A stretch of 64,000 bases of DNA from Hypanus sabinus (lineage: Eukaryota). The position numbers and the translations under genes were made by a program. Numbering within the stretch: the first letter of the stretch is position 1; every line of letters starts with the position of its first letter. This document shows positions 50,755-62,759 of this stretch, one piece after another. The notes under the pieces are model-generated. The model was given only the letters and a program-made list of their open reading frames with translations. It did not search any database and was not told the DNA's origin. The DNA lies in assembly GCF_030144855.1 (NCBI RefSeq), contig NC_082730.1, forward strand, positions 15,252,001 through 15,316,000, written 5' to 3'.

Positions 50755-51456
50755 GTAGGTTTCTCAGGGACTGACTTTGTGCCTTCCATAAATTAAGTGT
50801 CCAGACTCTGTCCATCCCTCACTATCTCTGCATTAATATCAGTGCCAAATGTTTCCCTCTGTAAGGCAGGTCACTAAACCCAGTAATAACTTCAATCTCT
50901 CCTGAAAGCCACCATATTTGTGATGTACAGTGTCTCACAAGTTGCTGCCTTTCAACAATTAGTGACCACTTTAATTAGGTCCCAACCTAAACATAATAAA
51001 GTGGCCACTGAGTGTATGTTCATGGTCTTTTGCTTCTGTGGCCCATCTACTTTGAAGTTCGACCTGCACTTTCAGATGCTCGTCAGCACACTGCAGTCAT
51101 AATGCCTGGTTATCTGAATTCCTGTCACCAATCTGTCTGCATGAACCAGTCTGTCCATTCTCCTCTCACATCTCTCATTAACAAAGCATTTTTGTTCACA
51201 GAATTGCTGCTCTCTAGATGTTTTTTCATGTTGTTCGTACCATTTCTGGTAAAATCTAGAGACCGTTGAGTATGTAAATCCCAGGAGATCAGTAGTTCTT
51301 GAGATATTTAAGCTACTCCACCTGGTGCCAGCATGGTCAAAGTCACTCAGATCACATTACCTTCTCATTCTGATGTTTGGCCTAAGCAAAGACGGAACCT
51401 CCTGAGCAGGTCTGAATGCTTTTATAGGCTGAGATGCTGCCACATGATTGACACAT

Positions 51457-52920
51457 TAGATAGAAACATAGAAAATCCTACAACACAATATATGCCCTTT
51501 GGCCCACAATGCTATGCTAAACATGTACTTACTTTAGAAATTACCTCCGCTAACCAATAACAGCTTAACTCTATTTCTCTAAGCTGCATGGACCTATCCA
51601 GGAGTCTCTTAAAAGAACCTATCGTATCTGCCTCCACACGCGTAGCTGGCAGACCATTCTATGCACTCACCACTCTCTGCATAAAAAACTTAACCCTGAC
51701 ATCTCCTCTGTACCTCCTTCAAAGCACCTTAAGACTATGCCCTATCAATGTCCTGCTGTAACCTCGGACAACCCTCCACAATATCCACAACACCCCCAAA
51801 CTTTGCATCATCAGCAAATTTACTAACACATCCCTCCACTTCCTCATCCAAGTTATTTATAAAAAATCACAAAGAGGAGGGGTCTCAGAACATATCCCTG
51901 TGGAACACCACTGGTCACCAACCTTCATTCAAAATATGACCTGTCTACAACTACTCTTTGCCTTTTGTGGGCATGCCAGTTCTGGATCCACAAAGCAATG
52001 TCCCCTTGGATCCCATGCCTCCTTACTTTCTCAATAAGCCTTGCATGGGGTACCTTGTCAGATGATTTGCTGAAGTCCAGATACATTACATCTACTGCTC
52101 TACCTTCATCAATGTGTTTAGTCACATCCTCAAAAAATTCAATCAGGCTCGTTAGGCATGACCTGCCTTTGACAAAGCCAGGCTGACTATTCGTAATCAC
52201 AGTATGTCTCTCCAAATGTTTATTTAAGTCCTGCCTCTCAGGATCTTTAAAATCAACTTCCCAACCACAGAAGTAAGAATCAGTGTTCTATAATTTCCTG
52301 GGCTATCTCTACTCCCTTTCATGAATAAGGGAACAGCATCCACAGCCCTCCAATCCTCTGGAACCTCTCCCCTCATCACCAAATGCTCAGCAATCTCCTC
52401 CCTCGCCCCCCACAGTAACCTAGGTTACATCTCACCCAGTCCCAGTGGCTTATTCACCTTGATGCTTTCCAAAAGCTCCAGCACATCATCTTCCTTAATA
52501 CCTACATGCTCAAGGCATTCAGTTCGCTGTAAGTCATCAGTACAATTGCCAAGATCCTTTTCTGTAGGGAATACTGAAGCAATGTATTCATTAAGTACCT
52601 CCACTACCTCCTCCGGTTCCATAAACAGCTTTTCACTGTCGCACTTGATTGGTCCTCTTGCTCTTCACATACTTGTAGAATGCCTTGGGGTTTTCCTTAA
52701 TCCTGCTCACCAAGGCCTTCTCATGGCCCCTTCTGGCTCTCCTAATTTCATTCCTAAACTCCTTCCTGCTAGCCTTATAATTTTCCAGATCTCTATCATT
52801 ACCTTGTTTTTTGAATCTTTGATAACCGTTTCTTTTTTCTTGACTAGATTTTCAATTGGCTTTGTACACCATGGTTCGTGTACCCTACCGTCCTTTCCCT
52901 GTCTCAATGAAACGTACCAG
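51457..52920 (-). mobile_element. CR1 with internal deletions in intron 2 of gene D
   Basis: ORF 51925-52215 SQPGFVKGRSCLTSLIEFF..YLDFSK; tail tagatagaaacatag. Confidence 0.85.
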
Positions 52921-53026
52921 TGATATTTGCATTAATGGCCAGGTGAACATTTGTACCTAATAAAATGGCAGAAAAATGATTTTCAGATGTTCTTTCAGTG
53001 TCTGAACGTTTAATTCTTTCCCACAG

Positions 53027-53347
53027 AACCTGTGTCTGTTCCTGTGCTTCAATATCTATCACCAGCAAATGTCTCACGTCTCGGGGGCTCAGTGTCAGTT
53101 TCCTGTGAGTCCCTCCAGGGATCCCTTCCCATTCAGTACACATGGCATGAACAAACCTCATCTGGGTATCGAAAGGTATCAGGCACCAATGAACTGGCTC
53201 TGCGTTGTCAATCATTCAACCACCAGCACCATCAATATTACTGCAGAGCCTCGAATCAGCTGGGAGCAAGATCCAGTGGAATGGTTAAAGTGACAGTTTT
53301 CAACAACGGAGAGATCTGCAGCTATGTGACAGAAATCAATGGCACCA
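53027..53347 (+). CDS. Second Ig domain exon of gene D (C2/I-set, FcR-like; 321 nt, phase 1-1)
   Basis: EPVSVPVL...VSVSCESLQGSLPIQYTW...LALRC...YYCRASNQLG..S..VKVTV; acceptor ttcccacag, donor A|gtaagt; frame continuous with the V exon. Confidence 0.9.
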
Positions 53348-56300
53348 GTAAGTTCTAATTTCAAGGGAGGATACATTTAAATATTTTTTTTGTTACTGCT
53401 GCTCTTATGCTTCTAGTGAGGGTAAGGAAATTCTTTGGATTTGTATAAGCTGCACATTTCATTTGTATAAGCCTTCATGGGGTAGAAATAAAGTGCAGTG
53501 AACAGTTAAGTCTGGTATTTCCTCCAGGAAGATGTGGAGCATCTCAGACATAGTTGGACTTGCACACCCAGAGAAATTGAAAACATTCGATTCATACTTC
53601 TCTTTATGGTTTGGAAAGACTAGAATAAGTGTTGAGTTGTGAGACAGTGACACTCTCATAAAAGCAAAAGGAACGACATATAATATTGAAAATATTGGTG
53701 GGAATGACAGAAATTGGGCAATGTCAGGGGGCAGGAGTGAGTGTGGTTGCTATTACTAAGCAGAACATGCTTGGGAAGCTGAGAGATCTGCAGATAGATA
53801 AGTCACTTGGACCAGACGGTCTACACCCCAAGGTTCTGAAAGAGTCATATAAAGAAACCTCACTCACTTTGAGACATGAGCAGGGAATCCATTCCTTCTA
53901 TTTGAGTTTATGTACAATATGGCTGTATTTCATGATTACAACAAGGTAAATAAACCTTCAAATGCCTTTTAAAACACTAAAGGAATGCCAGTCCAAGGCA
54001 ATGGATGTTCAGCTTGCTGCACCGCGAGGTTTATTTGTCTTTACACTGAACTGAAGCAGCAGCTTGCAATTAACGGGCTCCTGAATTGGTGTGAATGATG
54101 ACTGGCTTCTTGCCTGTGGCTCAGAATTGTGAATTTCAATTCCAAATGGTATTTCCCACTTTGATTTGCTCCTTTTTCTTCATATTGTGAGTTTGACAGT
54201 CTTTTTTAAAAATGTGTTTGATTTTTTTTTGTTCCATGGTTGCCTGGAAGGAGGTAAATCTCAAGGTTGTACATGGTATAAATTTTTGAATAACAAATGT
54301 AGTTTGAACTTTGAATTTGGAAATTGAAGTGCAATCTGATTGGCTGTGATTCCATAAGCTGTCACATCTATGCAATGAAATAGAATTCTGAATTTGACCT
54401 TTCAAAAGTGTGTTCCAGTTTAGAGAGGATACTGCACAGTTACAGAGTTATAGGTTATGGAATGAGGAGCTTCACCCCAAATCGTCCATGCTGACCTCAG
54501 TGTCTTCCTGAGCTTCACGCATTTCCCTGCAATTGGCCTCTATCCTTCTAAAACTTCCTTGTACATGAACTTGTACAAGTGTATTTTAAATAGTGTATTT
54601 GTACCCACCTCCAGCACTTCCTCTGGCAGCCTGTTCCATGCACACACTGCTCTGCGTGGAGAACACTGCTTCTCCAGGCTCTCTGAGAATTTCTCCTCAC
54701 TCCTTAAGCTGAGGGTCTCTAGTTTTCGACTCTCCTACCCTGGAATAAAGACAGTGATTATCCACCATACCTTTGCCAACAAAATAAAGAAACACAATAG
54801 AATCCATGTAAAACCACATACACAACAAAGGCTGACAAACAAACTATGTGCAAAAGATGACATATTGTGCAAATAATAAAAAATGTAAACAAATATTACA
54901 TATAACATCAGAGGCAGAGTCTCTGAAAGTGAGTTCACAGCTGCAGAGTCAGTTCAGAGCTGAGGTGAGTGAAAACAATCCCGGAGCCTGATTACTGCAG
55001 GACAACAACCATTGATGAACCCTGTGGTGTGGGATCCAAGAGTCCTGCACCTTCCACCTGATGGTATTACCGAGAAGAGCGGGAGATGGGTCAAATGCAA
55101 GCAGACAGACAGGATAGGCTCAGGTGGTGGGAATTTGCTGGCACTGAGTAATGGGCTGAACACCGGCTCATTTTCAAGGTCCTCTAGTAAACTTACACAA
55201 CTCTTTCCACTATCCACCACATCACAGTGTCATCCATAATGTCGAAATCATGTCATCTGCATTTTATTTCAAATTATTCATATCGATGACAAATAAGAGT
55301 AGTTAAGAAATAACAGCACTAATCCTGATGATACGAGTGTAGCTGGAGCTAATCAGCAAATGGGAGGATGATCAGAAAGGCAGGCGGCAGGCAATGCTTC
55401 TCTTGACACGGAAAGACAGAGTTAACACAGGCAAACCACTGTGCTGAACCAAACTTAGAATACGGAATCTTCAGTGGCTGGGAACATGAATTAACACACT
55501 GGCTGAAACAACGATCTGGCAATGAGTGGATGCAAAGCCGGGGTACTTATGCTGTTAGTTTAGATGGAAATCAGGTGTGTCACAATCAAGGCATCCGGGA
55601 GAACACGGGGAAAAGGGAATTAGGAGAATATGAGGAATCAACAGTCGGGACTGTGACAGTACCCTCCACTCAATGGGAGCCTCCAAGTGAACCACTAGGC
55701 TTGTCCGGATTGTCACGATGGAAGTCTTGGATGAGGGAGGGGTCTAAGATGAAGGAGCAGGGGATCCGGGTGTGCTCCTCTGGACCCTATCCCTCCCAAT
55801 CGATGAGGACTGGAAACCCCTGCCTTGGTGGTGCACATCCAGTATTCGCCAGACCGTTTAAGCTGGGTAATCGTTGATGACCCGGGCGGGTGGAGGGGGT
55901 TCGGCAGGAGAGCACAAAGGGCTGACAAACACAGGTTACAGTTGGGAGACGTGGAACGTGGGATGAATGCAGATGCATCTGGGTAGCTTGAGTTTGACCG
56001 CCGAGAGGTCGATGATGCTCTTGATTTCGAATGGTCGGATGTAACAAGGGGTGAGTTTCTTGGATTTGGTTTCGAGGGGGATGTCACTTGAAGAGATCCG
56101 GACTTTATGACCAGGCTGATCGTTGGATACTGGAATCCGGGTGCGATTGGTGATACTCCGGTTGCGGTCAGCAGAGCAGAGTAGGGCCGAGCGAGCATCC
56201 CTCCAGACCTTGCGGCACCGGCGGAGATGGGCCTGAACTGAAGGCACAGCGATGCTGTCTTCGGGCAGGAGAAAGAGTGGGTTGATCGCTTAGGGAACAT

Positions 56301-59300
56301 ACGAAAGGGGACATACCGGTGGTGACGTTGGTCAGGGAGTTGTGGGCATACTCAATTCAAGTGAGATGTGTGCTCCAGGATGACGGGTTACTGATGGAAA
56401 TGTAGCGCAGTGCTGCTTCCAAATCCTGATTGGTTAGCTCCATCTGACCATTAGTCTGTGGATGGAAACTGGAAGTCATACTTAGTGAAGCTCCGAAGGC
56501 TTGACAGGAGGATTTCCAGACTTGGGAGATGAATTGGGGGCTCCGGTCAGAAACGATGTCAGAGGGAATTCCATGAAGGCAGAAGACTTGTTGGATAAGG
56601 AGGTCAGCAGTTTCACAGGCCGTAGGGAGTTTGGGAAGGCCTTTGGAAAAATGGTCCACCAAGGTGTGTATAGCTGTGTTACCACATGAAGGGGGTAGTC
56701 CTGTGACAAAATCGAGAGCTATGTGGGACCAAGGATGGCCAGGGACTGGTAGGGGATGAAGCAGCCCATCTGGTGGCCAAAGGGATTTCCTTTCCACAGG
56801 CACACACAATACAGGTGGAGATGGAGCGATTGTCAGCATCTATGGTGGCCACCAGAAATGTTGCTTCAAAAAGGACAGGGCTCAACCAATTCCAGGATGG
56901 CAGGCAAACCGGAAAGTATGCCCCCACTAGAGAACCTGAGAACGGACAGTGTCAGGCATGAAGTGGCGACTTGGGGGGGGGGGGGCATTGCCTGGGTCAT
57001 GTTGAGTCCATTGGGCCTCTCTATCTACGGACTCAATCTCCCAGGTGAGGGCAGCCACGATACAGGATGATGGAAGAATGGTATTAGGATTGGAAGGGTC
57101 CTCCTCAGAGATGTACTGACGAGAGAGAGTATCTGGCTTCACATTCTTGGAACCAGGAAGGTAGGTGAGGGTGAAATTGAAGTGGATAAAAAACAGTGCC
57201 CAACGGGCTTGGCGGGAATTGAGGTGTTCAGCTGTCTGAATGTATGCCAGTTCCTTATGATCTGTCCAAACAATGAATGGGTGTTCTGCTCCCTCCAGCC
57301 AGTGCCTCTACTCTTCCAAGGTGAATTTGACGGCCAGCAACCCTCGGTTCCCAATGTCATAGTTCCGTTCAGCAGGGATAGACAGCGAGAGAAGAAGGCG
57401 CAGGGATGGAGTTTTTGGTCCGGGACAGAGCATTGAGAGGACCACCCCCACCCCAGTGTCGGAGGCGTCCACTTCATCTATGAACTGGTGAGGTGGGTCA
57501 GGCAGGACCAGGATGGGAGCGGAGGTGAAACGCCTCTTAAGCTCTGAGAAGGCTGAGTCCGCTTCGGTGGTCCAGTGGAAGAGGGTTGCAGGAGAGGTGA
57601 GATGAGTAAGGGGCGCTGCCACCCAGCTGTAGTCCCTAATGAAGTGACAGTAGAAACTGGTGAATCCCAGAAATCACTGGAGTTGTTTAAGCGTCGTGGG
57701 TTTGGGATCCGCCCTCACCTGCCCACTCTCAATGATGTACCCCAGGAAACTGATGGAGCGGGCATGGAATTCACACTTCTCAGCCTTAACAAATAGTTTG
57801 TTATTCAAAAGCCTCTGAAGAACCTAGCAGACATGATGGGTGTGCGCCTGGAGTTTACGGGAGAAGATTAGGATATTGTCCAGATAAACAAAAACAAATC
57901 GATTGATGAAGTCCCTAAGTACATCATTGAACAGAGCCTGGAACACCGTGGGAGCACTGGATAGGCCAAAAGGCATCACAAGGTATTCAAAATGACCGAG
58001 GGGTTGTTAAAGGCTGTCTTCCATTCATCTCGCTCCCGTGTCCTGACCAGGTGATAGGCATTCCGCAAGTCCAATTTCGAGAATACTGTGGCTCCAAGAA
58101 GCCGCTCGAATGCAGAGTTGAAAAGGGGCAGGGGATACTTATTCTTTATGGTAATGTTGTTCAGGCCACGGTAGTCAATGCTTGGGTGTAACGAGCCTTC
58201 TTCCTTCCCCACAAAGAAGAAACCAGCTCCTACAGGGGAAGATGAGTGTCAGATGATGCCAGCTGTGAGGGAGTCATTTACGTACGTCTCCATAGCTACT
58301 CATTCTGGTCTGGACAGTTTGTACAGCCGACTGGTGGGTAACGAGGCTCGGGGGAGAAGGTCAATTGCGCAATCATAAGGGCAATGTGGAGGCAGAGAGA
58401 GGGCCTTTTGCTTACTAAACACCTCTCAAAGATTGTGATATTCTACCGGAACGTCGGGGGGGGGGGGGGGGTGCTCAGAGGCGGACAAAGTCGCAATGAC
58501 CATCACTGGGGGAGGGGCTGATTGCAGGCAAGCGGAATGGCAGAATGAGCTCCAGTTGACTATCTTCTCGGTGGACCAGTCGATGTGGGGGTTATGACAG
58601 CTTAGCCAGAGTGGCTGAGAACTAAAGGGGCTTGAGGAGAGGAAATTAAGTTGAATCGTACCTGTTCCCGATGGTTTCCGGAGAGAAGGAGAAGCAGGGG
58701 TTCAGTGCAGTGCATGACTCAGTGTAGGAGTCTACCACTCAGTGCCCAAGCATCCTGCGGCGTATACAGAGGCTCACGAGGAATACCAGCTTGGAGGGCT
58801 AGGTTTTCGTACATGAAGTTTCACTCTGCATCAGAGTCCACTGGCACCAGCAGAGGCAGGACAGATGGTTGTAACACAGAGTGGCTTGAAGCTGCATCCG
58901 GGGTCTGGGAACAAAAGGGAGGGTTCTCTGGCTTAATAGGGACCCCCGTTACTGGTGAGCATTCCCTTTTGGCCAAAGGGTGCAGGTGGCAAGAAGTGGC
59001 CGGACTGACCGCAATATGGGCACTCGCCCGCTCATTCTCCGGAGACGGTCAGTGGGAGAAAGGTGGGTCCACACCAGCTGCATTGGTTCCTCTTCTGGAG
59101 CAGTTGAAATGGCAAGGCTGGGAGTTTCTTGAGGTGCAGAAGGAGGAGAGAGGCTTGTTCTGCCGGGAGGCACTAAAGAACGCCAAGAAGTGACCAAAGG
59201 TGGTGGACGACCATTTCTCTCTCTATGGCGCTCTCGGAGGTGATTGTCCAACCTGGTGGCCAGGGAGATCAAGGAATCCAAGCTGTCGGAGTTGTCTCTC

Positions 59301-59446
59301 GTCGTCAACTCATCCTTCACAAGGATGCAGAGTCCATTCAGAAAAAGCACCAGGAGCGACTTATCGTTCTACCCCGAGTCGGCTGCTAACGTCCAGAACT
59401 CCACTGAATATTCAGCAACACTGCGGGAGCCCTAGCAGAGAATGGG

Positions 59447-61289
59447 TAACCATACAACAATTACAGCATGGAAAAAGGCCCTTCGAGTCCATGCCAAACA
59501 CTTACTCTCAGCTAGTCCCACCTACCTACACTCAGCCCATAACCCTCCATTCCTTTCCTGTTGTTAAGGATCCGGCCTGAACACGGAGACGAAGGGCCGC
59601 TGCAGATAGCCCTGGACCACGACATCCCTTAATTTCTGCCTCCTTTCACCTGGCCATGTGGGTTTTGACCCAGCCACTTTCCTTATTGGACTTTCGCCAA
59701 TTACCCACTTATCTCCTCACTAGCACCCACCTGTTTCTGTTTTCACTCATTACCCGGTCCATTAAAACCCTGCCTTGACTCACATTCTCTGCCAGTTTGT
59801 CCCAGCTCTGACCTGAGTCACTCTAGCCTGCCATTGCGACTGCTGCCACTGATTTTGCTGAACTCTGTGTTTCTGGATTTTGCCTGTTTTGGAACCTGAT
59901 TTTTGCCTGTGCGCTCTGACTTGTCTGCCCTCGCCGGACTGCCTTTCCCGGGTTAGACCTCCGCCTGCCATTCCGGATTCGTGCCTGTTTATGAAAGGCT
60001 GTTGACCTTGTGCTCCCTAATAAATCCTGGTAAAGAAGCATTCGTTGGCCTGCACTTGAGTCCTACCATAACCTGACCCCTCCTGACACCTGTCCATATA
60101 CCTATCCAATTTTCCTTTAAATGACAATATCAAAACTGCCTCTACCACATCTACTGGAAGCTCATTCCACACAGCTACCATTCTCTGAGTAAAGAAATTC
60201 CTCCTTGTATTACCCCTAAACTTTTGCCCCTTAACTCACAACTCATGTCCTCTTGTTTGAATCTCCCCTACTCTCAATGGAAAAAGACTGTCCACGTCAA
60301 CTCTATCTATCCCCCTCATAATTTTAAATACCTCTATCAAGTCCCCTCTTAACCTTCTCTGCTCCAAAGAATAAAGGCCTAACTTGTTCAACCTTTGTCC
60401 ACATGAGATTCCACCTTCAGGGACCTATGCACCATTATTTCTAGATCACTCCGTTCTACTGCATTCCTCAATGCACTACCACTTACCATGTATGTCCAAT
60501 TTTGATTAGTCCTACCAAAATGGAGCATTATACTTATACTTATGCTCATACTTATCAGCATTAAACTCCATCTGCCATCTTTCTGCCCACTCTTCTAACT
60601 GGCCTAAATCTCTCTGCAAGCTTTGAAAACCTACTTCATTATCCACAACGCCACAATCTTAGTATCAAATGCATACTTACTAATCCAATTTATCACCGCA
60701 TCATCCAGATCATTAATGTACATGACAAACAACATTGGACCCAGTACAGATCCCTGAGGCACGCCACTAGTCACCAGCCTCCAACCCAACAAACAGTTAA
60801 CCACCAGTACTCTCTGGCATCTCCCATCCAGCCACTGTTGAATCCATTTCACTACTTTAATATTAATACCTAATGATTGAACCTTCCTAACTAACCTGCT
60901 GTGTGGAACCTTGTCAAAGGCCTTACTGAAGTCCATATAGACAACATCCACTGCTTTACCCCCGTCAACTTTCCTAGTTTTTCTCATTCAAAAAATTCAG
61001 TAAAATTTGTCAAACATGACCTTCCACACACAAGTCCATGTTGACTGTTCCTAATCAGCCCCTGTCTATCCAGATAATTGTACATACCATCTCTAAGAAT
61101 ACTTTCCATTAATTTACCCAACACTGACGTCAAGCTGACAGGCCAAAAATTGCTAGGTTTACTCGTAGAACCCTTTTTAAACTATGGAACCACATGAGCA
61201 ATACACCAATCCTCCGGCACCATCCCGTTTCTAATGACATTTGAAATATTTGTGTCAGAGCCCCTGCTTTTTCCACACTAACTTCCCTG
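59447..61289 (-). mobile_element. CR1 inserted into the Gypsy gag
   Basis: ORF 60631-60987 YMDFSKAFDKVPH..SGVPQGSVLGP; gag reads GKDAAKCL on one side and GSRSVAEYSVEF on the other. Confidence 0.88.
59562..60088 (+). mobile_element. Solo LTR (527 bp) inserted in the CR1 3' UTR
   Basis: tgttaagg...cctgaca with perfect 5-bp TSD cctgt (59557-59561, 60089-60093). Confidence 0.9.
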
Positions 61290-62383
61290 ACGTAGACATT
61301 TGGCAGCGTCTTTACCTCGGACGGGGTGATCGAAGATTTTTCTCATTTCCGCGATGAAACTGGTGGAAGAGGAGCAAGTATCTGGTTGGTTGTCACAAAC
61401 TGCTGTTGCCCACGCTAATGCATTCCCCCGCAGCAACCCCATGACATAAGCAATTTTAGAATTGTCTTTGGAGTAAGTCGAAGACTGCTGTTCATATACC
61501 AGGGAGCGCTGAAGGAGGAAACCCCAGCACTTCCCCAAATCTCCCTCGTAGTGCTCTGGCTCTGGTACGTGAGGCTCTCGGAGCGGGGGTGTTAGTGAAT
61601 TTTGGGCGGTTGCCGCTACAGGCTGTCTGGGCTGGCTAGGCTGGGTTCCAGGAGTGGGTTGAGTAATATGAGTGGAGACACAGTCCACCTGGTTCCTGAT
61701 CTGTGTGACGTGAGCAGATGGGGATCTCCATGACCTCCAGGAGGAGTTGGTTGTGCTGTCCTAGTAGGGAACCCTGTCTGGCAAGGGTTTGTTGAATATT
61801 ATTATGTCCATTGGGTCCATGGTGGCAAGATTGTGCTGTTGCGTAGAACAGATGAACCCAAACGCAGGACATTGGCATGGAGATAGAGTTGGGATCCAGA
61901 TGAGGGCATGAGAGTGACTGGAGTTGAATAGCAAACAGGAGGATGAACAGAAAGGCAGATGGCAGGCAATGCTTCTCTTGACATGGAGAGACAGAGATAA
62001 CACAGGCAAACCACTGTGCTGAAAGAAAACTTAGAATAAACAATCCTAAGTGGCCGGGAACGTGAATTACCACACTGGCTGAAACAACGATCTGGCAATG
62101 AGTGGATGCAAAGCCGGAGTATCTATGCTGCAGGTTTAGATGAGAATCAGGTGCCACAATCAAGGAGCCCGGGAGTACAGGGGAAAAGGGAATTAGGAGA
62201 ATATGAGGAATCAACAGTCTGGAACATGACATTGCATTTCTTTTGTGTCAGTTCCAATGTGATAATAATTTTGTTCTCCTTTACACTTTTGTACAGTAAA
62301 TGACATGAAATAATCTAGAATCTTGCATCTCCCTGTGTTGATCTGATTTCACCTGTGCATTTTCTGAGAAACTTCTCCTTCAG

Positions 62384-62704
62384 TTTCAGGTGCTTTGTGG
62401 GCAGAAGATAAAGTAAGAGGAGTTGTGGGAAGAGCGGTCACAATCGATTGTCACTATGCACCAATGTACCGTTCACACACAAAGTATTTCTGCCACATGC
62501 AGGGTCGCCAGTGCACATCGTTCATGATTACAACTGGGACAAATGAGCAGTCTGGAAGTATGACAATCCGAGATAACACATTCCAGGGAACATTTACTGT
62601 TACTATGGAGCACCTTTTCTCTAATTATGAAGGACTTTACAGATGTGGAATTATAACATCTGGCAATCATCCAGTGTTTGACATGCATCTACAAGTATCT
62701 GACG
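62384..62704 (+). CDS. Second intact IgV-type exon E (CD300/MDIR-like, 321 nt, phase 1-1)
   Basis: VTIDCHY..KYFCHMQGRQCTSF..FTVTMEHLFSNYEGLYRCGI; 62/107 aa identical to exon D by manual count; same cagtttcag acceptor and G|gtaggt donor. Confidence 0.9.
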
Positions 62705-62759
62705 GTAGGTTTCTTATTGATTGACTTGATGCCTCCACTGAAATGTCTGATTCATATTT

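Larger units (their letters stand above)
55326..62231 (-). mobile_element. Decayed chromodomain-bearing Gypsy element (Tf1/sushi-like) with nested insertions
   Basis: 5' LTR 61837-62231, left-truncated 3' LTR about 55326-55658, PPT 55659-55671; gag from ATG 61820 (PEPEHYEGDLGKC..GNALAWA), protease about 58600-58900, RT ([17 protein letters not shown]), RNase H ([17 protein letters not shown]), integrase ([22 protein letters not shown]), chromodomain (LIDWEG*GPEE). Confidence 0.9.

Noticed and set aside
53520-53560. Possible acceptor cctccag after the C2 exon
   Set aside because: The phase-1 frame reaches TAG within nine codons with no TM-like content.
54735-54938. Hydrophobic 67-aa ORF as the missing transmembrane exon
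   Set aside because: It is on the wrong strand for gene D and lies in an AT-rich repeat tail like 2500-2690.
56971-58472. Poly-G runs as G-quadruplex or frameshift signals
   Set aside because: They are homopolymer expansions in a dead pol gene and prone to sequencing error.
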